From Gammaproteobacteria bacterium (lineage in GTDB: Bacteria > Pseudomonadota > Gammaproteobacteria > Pseudomonadales > Azotimanducaceae), in the NCBI GenBank assembly GCA_038151515.1, contig JAYOVN010000004.1:5799-69798 (forward strand): a stretch of 64,000 nucleotides of DNA, read 5' to 3'. Both the position numbers and the translations under genes were made by a program. Of this stretch, positions 8,042 through 18,330 are shown piece after piece. Positions within the stretch are counted from its first letter, which is position 1; each line of letters begins with the position of its first letter. Below the pieces are notes generated by a model. It had not been told where the DNA came from. It did no database searches and worked only from the letters and a program-made list of their open reading frames with translations.

Positions 8042-9682
8042 CTATTCCACAGCGGTTTCAGCCGCTAAGGCATGACGTCCTCTGATCGCATCGGAAATTT
8101 TTTCTGCCATCATGATGGTGGGAGCATTGGTGTTGCCGGCAATCAACGTGGGCATCAGTGAGGCATCCACAACTCGTAGCCCCTCCAAACCATGGACCTG
8201 CCCCTGCTCATTGGTTACCGACATATCGTCTTGGCCCATTTTGCAGGTGCCTACCGGGTGATACAGAGTCTCACCGGTTTGCCTGATCCATCCATCCAAC
8301 TCGTCATCATTGTCCACATCAATATCAGCAGATGGTTTGAGCTGATCACCGCGATAGTCGTCGAAGGCCGCCTGCATGAAGACGCGACGGGTCTGGCGAA
8401 AACCATTGCGGGTATCGATAAGATCCTGCTCCACATCAAAGTAGTTGGGGTAAAGAGCCGGCGCGCTGTCTGCTTGGGCATCCTTAAGCCCGACATGCCC
8501 TCGACTTTGGGGTCGGCAGGCATAAACGATGCTGGAAAAGCCGTGTCCCGGCGTCACGCCTGCCCTGCCATGAACGTCTTGCATGGCGGCGCTGACGTAG
8601 TGAATTTGCATATCCGGCAAGTCCTTGCTCGGGTGAGACTTAATGAACGCCCCTCCGGCAGTGGGAGGAAACGATGCGTCTCCGGTACCGTTAACAAGAT
8701 ACTTAATGCCTGCCCAAATAGTCCGTAAGGGGGTGGCGGAGCGCGCCAAGGTTACGGGTTGGGTACAGGCGAATTGGCTTACGACGCCGATATGATCTTG
8801 CAAGTTTTGCCCGACGCCAGGCAACTCATGAAATACCGACAGCCCGTGGGGGGTGATTTGGGCTGCAGGACCGACCCCACTGCGTAAGAGAATCTGCGGC
8901 GAGTTAAGGGCACCGGCAGCCAGTATGATTTCTTTACGGGCTGTCAGCGTTCGACGCTCACCGCTGACGATCACGTCGATAGACGTCGCTCGTCGTTCGG
9001 TAAACCCAATTGCGTCCGCGCTGGCATCAGAGAAGATGGTCAGGTTCGGCCGATGTCGTACCGGATGCAAGTAGGCTTGGGCGGCGCTGCAACGCCTAGC
9101 GCCTTTCATGGTGTGTTCGTAGCGAGAAAAACCTTCCTGTTGTCGACCGTTAAAGTCATCTGTCAACGGAAAGCCCGCTTGTTGGCCGGCTTGAACGAAT
9201 CGGTCCAGTAGGATGTCATCGGTCCGATTGGACTTTGCTACCGACAACGGCCCGTCATAGCCGTGATAGTCGCTGTCCCCGTTGCCCTCAAAGGATTCAG
9301 CGCGCTTGAAATAAGGTAGAACATCGGCGTAGGACCAACCAGTATTACCAGCCTGAGCCCATTGGTCGTAATCTGCCGCATGTCCACGGATATACACCAT
9401 GGCGTTAATAGAAGACGAACCGCCCCAACCACGCCCTCTGGGCCAGTACATGCGTCGCCCGCCCACATTGGGTTCCGGCTCGGTTTCATAGCCGTAGTTT
9501 GAAGCATTGGCTTCGGGTACTAGCCGGGCGTAGCCTGCCGGCATATGAATAAAGAGATTTTTATCTTCACCTCCCGCCTCTAGTAGCAGCACGTGAACAT
9601 TTTTATCTGCAGACAATCGGTTCGCGAGCACGCAGCCGGCGCTGCCCGCTCCCACGATTATGTAATCCGCTTGTTGGCGCAT
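8042..9682 (-). CDS. GMC-family FAD oxidoreductase (choline/alcohol dehydrogenase-like)
   Basis: GAGSAGCVLANRLS, GGSSSINAMVY, GQNLQDH, YHPVGTC, NTNAPTIMMAEK; substrate not assignable. Confidence 0.92.
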   Translation of the reverse strand: MRQQADYIIVGAGSAGCVLANRLSADKNVHVLLLEAGGEDKNLFIHMPAGYARLVPEANASNYGYETEPEPNVGGRRMYWPRGRGWGGSSSINAMVYIRGHAADYDQWAQAGNTGWSYADVLPYFKRAESFEGNGDSDYHGYDGPLSVAKSNRTDDILLDRFVQAGQQAGFPLTDDFNGRQQEGFSRYEHTMKGARRCSAAQAYLHPVRHRPNLTIFSDASADAIGFTERRATSIDVIVSGERRTLTARKEIILAAGALNSPQILLRSGVGPAAQITPHGLSVFHELPGVGQNLQDHIGVVSQFACTQPVTLARSATPLRTIWAGIKYLVNGTGDASFPPTAGGAFIKSHPSKDLPDMQIHYVSAAMQDVHGRAGVTPGHGFSSIVYACRPQSRGHVGLKDAQADSAPALYPNYFDVEQDLIDTRNGFRQTRRVFMQAAFDDYRGDQLKPSADIDVDNDDELDGWIRQTGETLYHPVGTCKMGQDDMSVTNEQGQVHGLEGLRVVDASLMPTLIAGNTNAPTIMMAEKISDAIRGRHALAAETAVE

Positions 9683-9783
9683 AGGTAGTCCCTTATTTTT
9701 CCCGAGTATGCCTGATAAGAGCCGCCGCTGGGCAACCAAGCCTCAGTAAACCTCGGTGATCGTGTAACGGGAAAACGATGAGG

Positions 9784-10131
9784 TTAGGCGATGGGTTGTC
9801 CTAGGGACACCTCACAATGGGGTGTCAACAGCATCACGGCACCATCGTCATCAACGGCGCCGAGAACAAGACACTCGCTCATAAAGTGACCGATTTGCTT
9901 AGGAGGAAAGTTCACCACTGCCACTAACTGTCGCCCGATAAGATCCTCAGGTTGGTAATGGTCGGTGATTTGGGCACTGGTCTTACGTATACCTATATCA
10001 GGGCCGAAATCGAGCCACAGCTTAATGGCGGGCTTGCGGGCCTCGGGGAAAGCCTCTGCACGTTGAACACAGCCCACCCGCATATCGATCTTGGCGAACT
10101 CATCCCAGGTTATTTGAGCCTTTGGCCGCAT
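9784..10131 (-). CDS. csaA: CsaA-type tRNA-binding / secretion chaperone
   Basis: FAKIDMRVG, FPEARKPAIKLWLDFG, SAQIT, VVNFPPKQIG..MSECLVLG. Confidence 0.88.
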   Translation of the reverse strand: MRPKAQITWDEFAKIDMRVGCVQRAEAFPEARKPAIKLWLDFGPDIGIRKTSAQITDHYQPEDLIGRQLVAVVNFPPKQIGHFMSECLVLGAVDDDGAVMLLTPHCEVSLGQPIA

Positions 10132-10197
10132 ACTCTGCCTCACGTTCTCGACTTGTCTTTTGCCCAGTTGGTTCACACAAGCCCCATTGGGGTGGCT

Positions 10198-10914
10198 TTA
10201 GCAGCGGTGAAGCATCACCGGCTGCCAGACACCGTCAAATTCCCCCGTAGACTGCCATATTCTGCGATCTTGACGTGTCGCTAGGTCCAAGGTGCCGGCA
10301 GCTTCCACCTCTTGCTCGCCAGCGAAATTAAAGCTTTGAATGCATTGCGCTTCAATATCCAGAAGCGAAAAGCCCGCGAACTGTCCCTTTAGAGTGCCGC
10401 CATTAATCACCTGAGTTTGAGGAAAGTCGATTACCGTTCGAAAATGCATATGACCGTTAACGAGGAATCGGGGCGGCGCGTCTTGCTGCAACAGTTCGTC
10501 GAGGGGAGCAGAGCAACGGCTGGCGGAGTTCTCTGAGCCGGGCCAGATTTTCGCTAGGTCGTCATCGAGAATGCCGTGACACAACAGCAACTCTCCGTCC
10601 ACCGTGTCGATACGGTGGGTTTGAGGCAGGCTCGACAGGTACGCGATGGTTTCAGTACTCGCCTGACAGCGCAGATGTGCATCTTCTACGTGGCGCACCT
10701 TGTCTTGGAGAAACCAGCGTTCGTGGTTTCCTGCCACCGTCGTTACCCCTTGCTGCTGCAACAACTGACAGCAAATATCCAAGTCTCCGCGCCCATCCGG
10801 CAGGTCGCCGGTACACAAAATCCAATCCACTTCAGCTTCGCGCAAAAAAGCCAGCGCCGCCGACAGACGTAGATGCTCTGCGTGTACATCGCCAATGATG
10901 CCTATTCGTTTCAT
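10198..10914 (-). CDS. Calcineurin-like metallophosphoesterase
   Basis: GDVH, GD, GNHE, HG and GHMH motifs in canonical order. Confidence 0.85.
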   Translation of the reverse strand: MKRIGIIGDVHAEHLRLSAALAFLREAEVDWILCTGDLPDGRGDLDICCQLLQQQGVTTVAGNHERWFLQDKVRHVEDAHLRCQASTETIAYLSSLPQTHRIDTVDGELLLCHGILDDDLAKIWPGSENSASRCSAPLDELLQQDAPPRFLVNGHMHFRTVIDFPQTQVINGGTLKGQFAGFSLLDIEAQCIQSFNFAGEQEVEAAGTLDLATRQDRRIWQSTGEFDGVWQPVMLHRC

Positions 10915-10980
10915 GCCTTACCTGTCGACGTTTGCCGGCAGGCTAAGGCTCGCTCAGTGAAGTAGGCGTGAACTTACGGT

Positions 10981-12081
10981 TTATTCTTCTGCGACAAAGC
11001 CTTTCCAGCTATTCATGTACTCAACGAATGTCGGACTGAGCCCCTCGGCCATCAGATGGGCTCGACTGACCGGTGTAGCCACCGGTTCAAAGTCGGTATC
11101 TGCCAAAACTTTGAGGGGAAAGTCATGATGCAAAATAGCCGCCCGGCCAATAGTGACGAAATCAATGTTCGCGCTCATGACTGCCCTGCATTCTTCCGCA
11201 GTTCGGATTTTGCCCGCCACCGTGAGCTTCACCTGCCCGCGATCAAGCTGGGCGAAGTAATCGAGCAGGCTTTGATCCTGGTACGCTTCTTCTTCAGGCA
11301 GCTTAAAACTATCCCAAAGAGAAATGTCGAGAAAGTCCGCCAAATCTTCGTCAATCAATCGCTGACAGGTATCCAGCACCTCTTGCAACTGCATACCGAA
11401 GCGCTCCGGTGACACGCGCACACCGAGCATAAAACCTGGGCCGCATTGGGCGCGAATGCCTTGTGCAATTTCCATCATCAGGCGCTGCCGGTTCTCTAAA
11501 GAACCACCGTACTCGTCATCCCGCTGATTGGTTTCAGGGCTCAAAAACTGACATACGATGTAGCCGTGAGCGCCGTGAATTTCGACCCCATCGTAACCCG
11601 CTTGCTGAGAGCGAACAGCGGCCGCAACAAAGTCGTCCCGAAGGGCTCTGACTTCGGCCAGCGACAGCGCACGAGAACCAGTCTCTTGGTCATCAGAGGG
11701 ACACACCGGCTGTTGCCCGATAAGCGCCTCTGGAGAGCGCATGCCCGCATGGTGAAGCTGCAACACCGCAACACTGTCTTCTGACTTGATGGCCTCGGCC
11801 AGCCGCTTATGACCCTCTAGGTGCTCGTCGCTGAAAATCCCAAGCTGGCCCGGAAAACCCTGCCCTACGGCCTGTACGTGAGCCGCGCAGGTCATGGTCA
11901 GGCCGAATTGCCCCTTGGCTCGCATGGTGAGCCAATGAAATTCCTCGTCAGACAGGCGCCCATCTGCGTGGCTTTGGGAATTAGTTAGCGGCGCCAACAT
12001 AAAACGATTTTTCATACGCTGGCCGGACTTAAATTCCAATGCCTTACCTAACGACTGATCTGAGTTTGCCGTCGCATTCAT
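10981..12081 (-). CDS. NADH:flavin oxidoreductase (Old Yellow Enzyme family)
   Basis: NRFMLAPLT, QLHHAG, DGVEIHGAHGY, QFLSP..N.RDDEYGGSLENR. Confidence 0.92.
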   Translation of the reverse strand: MNATANSDQSLGKALEFKSGQRMKNRFMLAPLTNSQSHADGRLSDEEFHWLTMRAKGQFGLTMTCAAHVQAVGQGFPGQLGIFSDEHLEGHKRLAEAIKSEDSVAVLQLHHAGMRSPEALIGQQPVCPSDDQETGSRALSLAEVRALRDDFVAAAVRSQQAGYDGVEIHGAHGYIVCQFLSPETNQRDDEYGGSLENRQRLMMEIAQGIRAQCGPGFMLGVRVSPERFGMQLQEVLDTCQRLIDEDLADFLDISLWDSFKLPEEEAYQDQSLLDYFAQLDRGQVKLTVAGKIRTAEECRAVMSANIDFVTIGRAAILHHDFPLKVLADTDFEPVATPVSRAHLMAEGLSPTFVEYMNSWKGFVAEE

Positions 12082-12443
12082 GCTCTTTCCTTATTTTTAA
12101 CTTAGGCGTCTTTTTGATCTAGGTGTAATGGCGGCCTGTAACCGCCGGTTTTCACTGACTGGACATACTACAAGAATTGGGAACCAGACTCATGGGATTA
12201 GGCTCTTACTGCCCAGCAACGCGTTTGAACAAACTTCCATCGAAAATGAAGAGACTGAAAATGTTGCGCACATCACAGAATTTTCTTCACAGCCAATTCA
12301 CCCAAGCGCCGCCACCATATTGCGGTAGGTAGAGTCGCCGCGGTGACTTAAACTCGGCAGAGCGAAACCTCACCTTTTGTCCTATTTGTACAGTATCGAG
12401 AGACACCACGGTTTATCAGCCTTGTGCTGGGGAAAGCAAATCC

Positions 12444-13709
12444 ATGATGAAAAGCCTTCGGAATGTTCGCGACGACCGCGCCACCTTGGCAGCGACATCA
12501 GACGAATACGGCGATGATCCAGCATTGAAGGATGTGAACCCTACTGACCGTGGAGGGCGCAGCGCCGGCGGGCGGTTGGTAGGCGCCCTGCAGATTGTTG
12601 GAGTCTTGGCCGCAACGGCTCTTGCCGTTTACCTGTCACGGGAACCTGCGGTACCAATTGCCCCGAGCGGCATGAATACTGCAGCGGCAACCGTGGTGCC
12701 CAAGGTCTCTGTTATTACGCCGCGCATTGGCACGCAAAAGATTTTGGTTGCAGGAAATGGCAGCACCGGCGTAACGGCCTATGTGGATTTAGTCCCGCAG
12801 ATTTCCGGTCGCATTGAAGCCTTGGCCCCAGCCATGCGAGTCGGCGGTGCATTTCGTGCTGGCGAAACCTTAATTGCCATCGAACCCGACGATTTTCTGC
12901 TGCAAGTGAAGCAGGCTCAGGCCGACGTCGCCGTGCAACGCGCCAACTTGCAGCTTCAGCAAGCCCGCAGTGACGCCGCGGTGAAAAACTATGCGCTTCT
13001 GAATCCTGGCAAGCCAGTGCCCAATTTGGTTGCCCTGCGCCCTCAGATCGCTCAGGCGGCCGCGCAACTCCGCTCTGCTGAGGCTCGTGCTGAAGTGGCC
13101 CGATTGGCGCTGGAGAGGACTCAGTTTTCTCTACCCTTCGACGGAATGATTACTGAATCGTCCGCCCAAGTGGGCCAGTTAATCACCGGCGGCAGAGCCT
13201 TCGGGCAGGCCTATGCCAAGGATAGTGTGGAACTGGTTGTACCCATAGCGCCAGATGAGTTAGCACAGCTGGCACCAGCTGAAGGTCGTCGAGTGATCAT
13301 TTCAACCAGCCAACGGAACCTTGAGGCACGTATTGATCGCATCAGCGCCCAACTTGATAATCGCAGCCGCTTTGCCAAAGCCTATATTCCTCTCCCCCAA
13401 ACTCCGGATCGGGCGTCCATGTTGCAACCCGGTACCTTTGCGGATGTGATCATCGAGGGCCCCGAATACTCAGACAGCCTCGTAATCCCGGAAGCTGCCA
13501 TGCAGGCAGATGGCGTTATCTGGTATGTGCAAAATGGGCGGCTGGTAAAAGACCAGCCGGTCCTACTGGGCCGGAACGACCAAGGCATTGTGATAGCGGG
13601 CCGAGACGTTGGCGACGGCATCGTCGTCGGTGCGTTAGCAAATGCAACAGCGGGTATGGAGGTATCGACGATACCGATAGGCGAGCCGTTAGATCGACCT
13701 AAAAATTAA
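12444..13709 (+). CDS. RND efflux periplasmic adaptor (MFP)
   Basis: Single N-terminal TM, lipoyl-like PQISGRIE, coiled-coil hairpin, LPFDG, PGTFADV. Confidence 0.88.
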   Translation: MMKSLRNVRDDRATLAATSDEYGDDPALKDVNPTDRGGRSAGGRLVGALQIVGVLAATALAVYLSREPAVPIAPSGMNTAAATVVPKVSVITPRIGTQKILVAGNGSTGVTAYVDLVPQISGRIEALAPAMRVGGAFRAGETLIAIEPDDFLLQVKQAQADVAVQRANLQLQQARSDAAVKNYALLNPGKPVPNLVALRPQIAQAAAQLRSAEARAEVARLALERTQFSLPFDGMITESSAQVGQLITGGRAFGQAYAKDSVELVVPIAPDELAQLAPAEGRRVIISTSQRNLEARIDRISAQLDNRSRFAKAYIPLPQTPDRASMLQPGTFADVIIEGPEYSDSLVIPEAAMQADGVIWYVQNGRLVKDQPVLLGRNDQGIVIAGRDVGDGIVVGALANATAGMEVSTIPIGEPLDRPKN

Positions 13710-13740
13710 AAAATAAGGGTTGAACGATGAAGGTGAAACC

Positions 13741-16700
13741 ATGAGCGATAACTTAGATTCATCCAGTGCTGTCCCTGAGTCTGTCCAAGTCCACCAGTCA
13801 GAAAGAGGCATCATCGCCTATTTCGCTCAAAACTCCGTAGCCGCCAATCTGATCATGGCGCTGATGCTGATCGGTGGCTTAATCGCTGGTGTTGCCCTCA
13901 ACGCTCAGGTTTTTCCAACATTGAATCCGGGCATTATCACCGTCACGGTCCCCTATCCTGGGGCTACGCCCAGTGAAGTGGAAGAAGCTATTACCCGTCG
14001 TGTTGAAGAAGCGGTGCTCGGCATCGAAGGCATTGACGAAGTTCGCTCGTCGGCTGCGGAAAATATCGGCCGAGTAACCATAGAGTTAAAAGACTCTGTG
14101 GACGATAAAGAGGTAAAAGAAGATGTCGAGGCGGCGGTTGAACGTATCGCTGATTTTCCGCCGGAGAATGCAGAACAACCGGAGATAGAGCGCGCAGAAA
14201 CGGTTAGTGACGTCATGACCTTAGTAGTGACCTCTGACCTTGGCGACATTAGTCTACGGAATGCCGCAGAATATCTGGCTGACCAACTACTGACCCTACC
14301 GAACGTGACCCTAGTTTCCTTAATGGGGGCAAAGGACCTTGAAATCGCTGTTGAGGTGGATGAGCAAGCCCTTCGGCAGTTCGACTTATCCATCAATCAA
14401 GTCGCCCAAGCCATTCGCTCGTCATCAATCAACCTCAGCGCCGGGGAGCTTCGCACTGACGCGGGTGACCTGCTGCTTCGAACCAATCAAAAACGCATGT
14501 ACGGAACGGAGTTTTCGGACATTGTGCTGCGAGCTGATCCGGACGGCAGCATTCTGCGTTTAGGCGATGTGGCGACCATTCGCGACGGTTTCGTCGATGA
14601 CCCTGTCGTCCAGGAGTTCAACGGCCAGCGAAGCTTGCTGGTTAAAATTGAGAAATCAGAAGCTGAAGATGCCCTTCTCATTGCTGGAGAAATTAAAGCG
14701 TTTTTAGTGGACTTTCAGCCGCCACAAGGGGCCAAGGTGCAAATCTGGGATGACCAGACCGACATCTTGCAGCAACGGCTAAGCCTCTTGATTCGCAACG
14801 GCCTGCTGGGCTTTGCCCTAGTGTTTTTGTTTCTGGTAATTATGTTGGATTTGCGCCTAGCGACTTGGGTCGCCATGGGGGTTCCCATCTCCTTCCTCGG
14901 CGCATTTTTATTCTTCGCGCCATTCGGTGTGAACATCAACATGATTTCCCTATTTGGACTCATCATCGTCCTTGGCATCGTGGTGGACGATGCCGTCGTT
15001 GTGGGCGAAAACGTCATCACGGAACAGGAACGCTCGGGACAAAGCACCGCTGCCACCCTGCGTGGCGTACGCGGCGTGTTCAGCCCAGTGACGGTTGGCG
15101 TGCTAACCACCATGGCCGCCTTTGCCCCGCTGCTTTTCGTCACCGGCACCTTTGGGCAAATTTTAGGCTCGGTACCCATCGTGGTGATTTTGGTCTTGAC
15201 CATGTCGTTGCTTGAGGTGTTTTTCATTCTTCCCGCTCATCTGTCCCACGGCCAAGCCTGGAGCAAGGGGCCACTAAAGGATTTTCAGGAGCGGGTCAGT
15301 CAGGGCATCATGAAGTTTCGTGATCAAACCTTTCTGCCCGGAGTTCAGGCTGCCGTGCAGCGTCGCTATCTTTCCCTACTCGCTGGAATTGCCATGCTCG
15401 TTGCAGCAGGCGCCCTTGTGAGCAGCGGGGCCGTTCGTTTCATCTTCTTCCCGGATCTTGAATCCAACAGTATTCGAGCAACTCTGACATTTCCCGTAGG
15501 TACACCGTTTGAAACTACGGAAAAAGCGGCCCAGCAAATTATTGATGCGGCCTATCGAGTCAATGACGCCAACAACGGCACCGCGTTTAAAGCCATCAGC
15601 TCTACCATCGGCGGTTCTACTCGAGGTGGCGGAGGCCCTGAAGGCGGAAGCGGTATGACCACGGCCAGCCACCTTTCCTCCATTGTCATCACCCTACAAG
15701 ACGAACCGCTTCGAAGCCTGTCTGCCCAAGCTTTGGAGCGCCAATGGCGCATGGAAACCGGCACTATCGCCGGCATAGAAAGCCTTTCCTTCCGCTCTGA
15801 CTTTTTTAGTCGGGGTGCCGCGGTGGAATTTCGTTTGGCCCATCAGCAGGACAAGGTACTTTATGCTGCGGTCGATGATCTGAAAGCCAGCTACGCCTCT
15901 CTGACGGGTTTTTACGACATCCAAGACACCTTCAATTTGGGCAAGCGTCAATACGACATCGAACTAACACCGGCAGGTGAAGCCGCAGGCTTGCGACCGG
16001 CGGATATCGCCCGCCAACTTCGTAACCACTTCTTCGGTCAGGAAGTTCAACGTATTCAGCGAGGTCGCAACGAACTTAAAGTGATGGTTCGTTACCCGGA
16101 GCGTCAGCGCCAGAGTACCCAGAACCTTGCCGATGTCCGCATTCGCCTAGGCGATGGCACCCAAGCACCGCTTACGGCTGTGGCCAAGCTCACCGAATCC
16201 CGCAGTTTTTCGACCATCGAGCGAGTGGACGGCTTTCGCATCGTCAGCGTCACCAGTGAAGTAGACAACGAACTCACGACGCCAACTCAAGCCAATAATC
16301 AGGTATTGAATAACGTGGTGCCCGAACTACTGCAGCGCTATCCGGGTTTGCGCGTGAATCAGGCTGGCCAAGGGCGGGAAGAATCTGAAGACATGGCGTC
16401 TTTAGCCAATATGATGGCTATCGCTATGCTGACCATTTTCGTGTTGTTGGCCTCTCAAACGCGAAGCTATTTGCAGCCTCTCGTCGTACTAGCCGGCGTA
16501 CCCTTCGGCGCTGCTGGAGCCACCATCGGACACTACCTTCTGGGGTACAACATCTCGTTCATTTCCATCTTCGGCATGGTGGCCTTAAGTGGTGTTGTGG
16601 TGAACGACTCCCTAGTTTTACTGGATCAGTACAACCGCAATCGCGCCCAAGGTATGAACATCAACGATGCCATTACCGAGGCATCTCGCCGGCGGTTTCG

Positions 16701-16929
16701 GGCAATCTTTTTGACCACAGCAACAACCGCCCTTGGCCTAACACCCATGCTGTTCGAGACCAGTACCCAAGCGCAATTCTTGATTCCCATGGCTGTCAGC
16801 CTAGCGACGGGAATCGTCTTCGCCAGTGTGATAATTTTATTCTTAATCCCCGCGCTGATCGCCATCCTCGAAGACGTCAAAAGCCTTGGACGGAGCGACG
16901 TGGGCACCCAACAACCCGTGGGCGCCTAG
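13741..16929 (+). CDS. RND efflux permease (AcrB/AcrD/AcrF family)
   Basis: ~1060 aa; AANLIM, LGIVVDDAVVVGENV, GVVVNDSLVL, RFRAIFLTTATT.LGLTP; start taken at MSDN (RBS AAGGTG). Confidence 0.92.
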   Translation: MSDNLDSSSAVPESVQVHQSERGIIAYFAQNSVAANLIMALMLIGGLIAGVALNAQVFPTLNPGIITVTVPYPGATPSEVEEAITRRVEEAVLGIEGIDEVRSSAAENIGRVTIELKDSVDDKEVKEDVEAAVERIADFPPENAEQPEIERAETVSDVMTLVVTSDLGDISLRNAAEYLADQLLTLPNVTLVSLMGAKDLEIAVEVDEQALRQFDLSINQVAQAIRSSSINLSAGELRTDAGDLLLRTNQKRMYGTEFSDIVLRADPDGSILRLGDVATIRDGFVDDPVVQEFNGQRSLLVKIEKSEAEDALLIAGEIKAFLVDFQPPQGAKVQIWDDQTDILQQRLSLLIRNGLLGFALVFLFLVIMLDLRLATWVAMGVPISFLGAFLFFAPFGVNINMISLFGLIIVLGIVVDDAVVVGENVITEQERSGQSTAATLRGVRGVFSPVTVGVLTTMAAFAPLLFVTGTFGQILGSVPIVVILVLTMSLLEVFFILPAHLSHGQAWSKGPLKDFQERVSQGIMKFRDQTFLPGVQAAVQRRYLSLLAGIAMLVAAGALVSSGAVRFIFFPDLESNSIRATLTFPVGTPFETTEKAAQQIIDAAYRVNDANNGTAFKAISSTIGGSTRGGGGPEGGSGMTTASHLSSIVITLQDEPLRSLSAQALERQWRMETGTIAGIESLSFRSDFFSRGAAVEFRLAHQQDKVLYAAVDDLKASYASLTGFYDIQDTFNLGKRQYDIELTPAGEAAGLRPADIARQLRNHFFGQEVQRIQRGRNELKVMVRYPERQRQSTQNLADVRIRLGDGTQAPLTAVAKLTESRSFSTIERVDGFRIVSVTSEVDNELTTPTQANNQVLNNVVPELLQRYPGLRVNQAGQGREESEDMASLANMMAIAMLTIFVLLASQTRSYLQPLVVLAGVPFGAAGATIGHYLLGYNISFISIFGMVALSGVVVNDSLVLLDQYNRNRAQGMNINDAITEASRRRFRAIFLTTATTALGLTPMLFETSTQAQFLIPMAVSLATGIVFASVIILFLIPALIAILEDVKSLGRSDVGTQQPVGA

Positions 16930-16976
16930 CCTAAGGTTTCCATCACCCCGGGCCGAGCATTTGGTATCCTGCTGTG

Positions 16977-17372
16977 ATGAATTATGCCCTTGCAGTCCAC
17001 GGTGCCCCCTACGCCAGCGAAGCCGCCGCTCACGCGCTATCGTTTGCTGACGCGCTGCTGGCCGCCGGCCACCGTATCGAACGCGTGTTCTTTTTCCATG
17101 ACGGTGTCTATCAGGGGCTTGGGTCACAAGTCTCCCCCCAAGACAACTTCAATACCGACACGGTCAAGCGATGGCAGCGTTTAGCCTCACAAGGCGTCGA
17201 GCTTGGCATTTGTATTGCTAGCGGGATCAAACGCGGTGTCGTTGACGAGGCGGAACAAGCTCGATATGAACTCGAGCATCCAACGCTGGCTTCAGGCTTC
17301 AATCTGGTAGGACTGGGGCAGCTAATCGCCGCTATCAACAACGCAGACCGATACGTGGAATTTCCCGCATGA
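16977..17372 (+). CDS. tusD: Sulfur relay protein TusD (DsrE family)
   Basis: VFFFHDGV and catalytic Cys in ICIASGIKRG; SGFNLVGLGQL. Confidence 0.9.
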   Translation: MNYALAVHGAPYASEAAAHALSFADALLAAGHRIERVFFFHDGVYQGLGSQVSPQDNFNTDTVKRWQRLASQGVELGICIASGIKRGVVDEAEQARYELEHPTLASGFNLVGLGQLIAAINNADRYVEFPA

Positions 17373-17728
17373 AACGCTACTTGTTCATCATCAGCCGCAG
17401 CCCATACGGCAGCAGCCATGCCTTAGAGCAACTGGAAGCGGCCATGGTGGCTGCAGTGTTCAATGCCAAGGTTGCCGTGTTATTTCGAGATGAAGGTGTC
17501 TGGAACCTGCAACAGCATCAGACTGGCGCCGCTATCGGTCAAAAAACCATGACCAAGGTTTTGTCAGCGCTACCCGCTTACGATGTCGAAGAGCTGTACG
17601 TCTGCGCAGATTTCCTGAACACGCATCAAATTCAAACCGAACCGTCCCTGAGCGTGAAACCCATTGATCTTCCCGACCAGAAGGCGCTGATCAGTGCCAG
17701 CGACGTCGTAGTTACTGCCCAGCCATGA
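17369..17728 (+). CDS. tusC: Sulfur relay protein TusC (DsrF family)
   Basis: SPYGS, LFRDEGVWNL, YDVEELYVC; ATGA overlap with tusD. Confidence 0.88.
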   Translation: MKRYLFIISRSPYGSSHALEQLEAAMVAAVFNAKVAVLFRDEGVWNLQQHQTGAAIGQKTMTKVLSALPAYDVEELYVCADFLNTHQIQTEPSLSVKPIDLPDQKALISASDVVVTAQP

Positions 17729-18000
17729 GCCTTCACCTCGTTTTCAGTCCCGCCGGCCTAAACGCCTGCAGTCGCCGCTGGCAAAGAGGCGATAAATGCG
17801 TCTTGTTGGGTAACGGTGTCTATGCCCATAAGCAGGCGCTTGACGCCGGGGTCGAATCCGCCAACCTGCATTTGCTTGCGCCAGACGCAGAGGCCAGAGG
17901 CATCAACAACACAGCAACTGGGGCGCTGGCTCACATCGACTACCCAACCTTGGTTGAACTCACGCAACAATGTTCACCTATTGTAAGCTGGAACGAGTAG
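17725..18000 (+). CDS. tusB: Sulfur relay protein TusB (DsrH family)
   Basis: LLGNGVY, DAEARG, IDYPTLVELT; operon position. Confidence 0.82.
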   Translation: MSLHLVFSPAGLNACSRRWQRGDKCVLLGNGVYAHKQALDAGVESANLHLLAPDAEARGINNTATGALAHIDYPTLVELTQQCSPIVSWNE

Positions 18001-18006
18001 AGGAAC

Positions 18007-18330
18007 ATGAGCACCCGTCCCCTGCCCAGCTGCGATAAAGAAGGCTTTTTGCTGGACTTAAACCAATGGTCCGAAAGCAACGCGAATCTGCTGGCAGCCA
18101 GAGAGGGACTGTCGCTAACCGACGCTCACTGGGAAATCCTTCATTTACTGAGGGAGTTTTACCGGCGCACCGAAACTGCGCCGGCCATGCGGCCCTTAGT
18201 GAAACTGGTGAAAGAGGCTTGGGGTCCGGAGCGCGGTTCCAGTGTTTACCTAATGACCCTTTTTGGCGGTAGTCCGGCCATGACCGCCGCGAAAATTGCG
18301 GGCTTACCTAGGCCGACTAATTGCCTATAG
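18007..18330 (+). CDS. tusE: Sulfur carrier TusE (DsrC-like, single C-terminal Cys)
   Basis: DKEGFL, LTDAHWEI, AKIAGLPRPTNCL; the second Cys of dissimilatory DsrC is absent. Confidence 0.9.
   Translation: MSTRPLPSCDKEGFLLDLNQWSESNANLLAAREGLSLTDAHWEILHLLREFYRRTETAPAMRPLVKLVKEAWGPERGSSVYLMTLFGGSPAMTAAKIAGLPRPTNCL

Noticed and set aside
12082-12443. Small ORFs in the OYE/RND spacer (66 aa at 12128; 46 aa at 12192)
   Set aside because: No RBS, no recognisable motif or TM, and atypical composition; more likely divergent promoter DNA.
16977-18330. Reverse-Dsr sulfur oxidation operon
   Set aside because: Single-Cys TusE and no dsrAB nearby point to tRNA thiolation.
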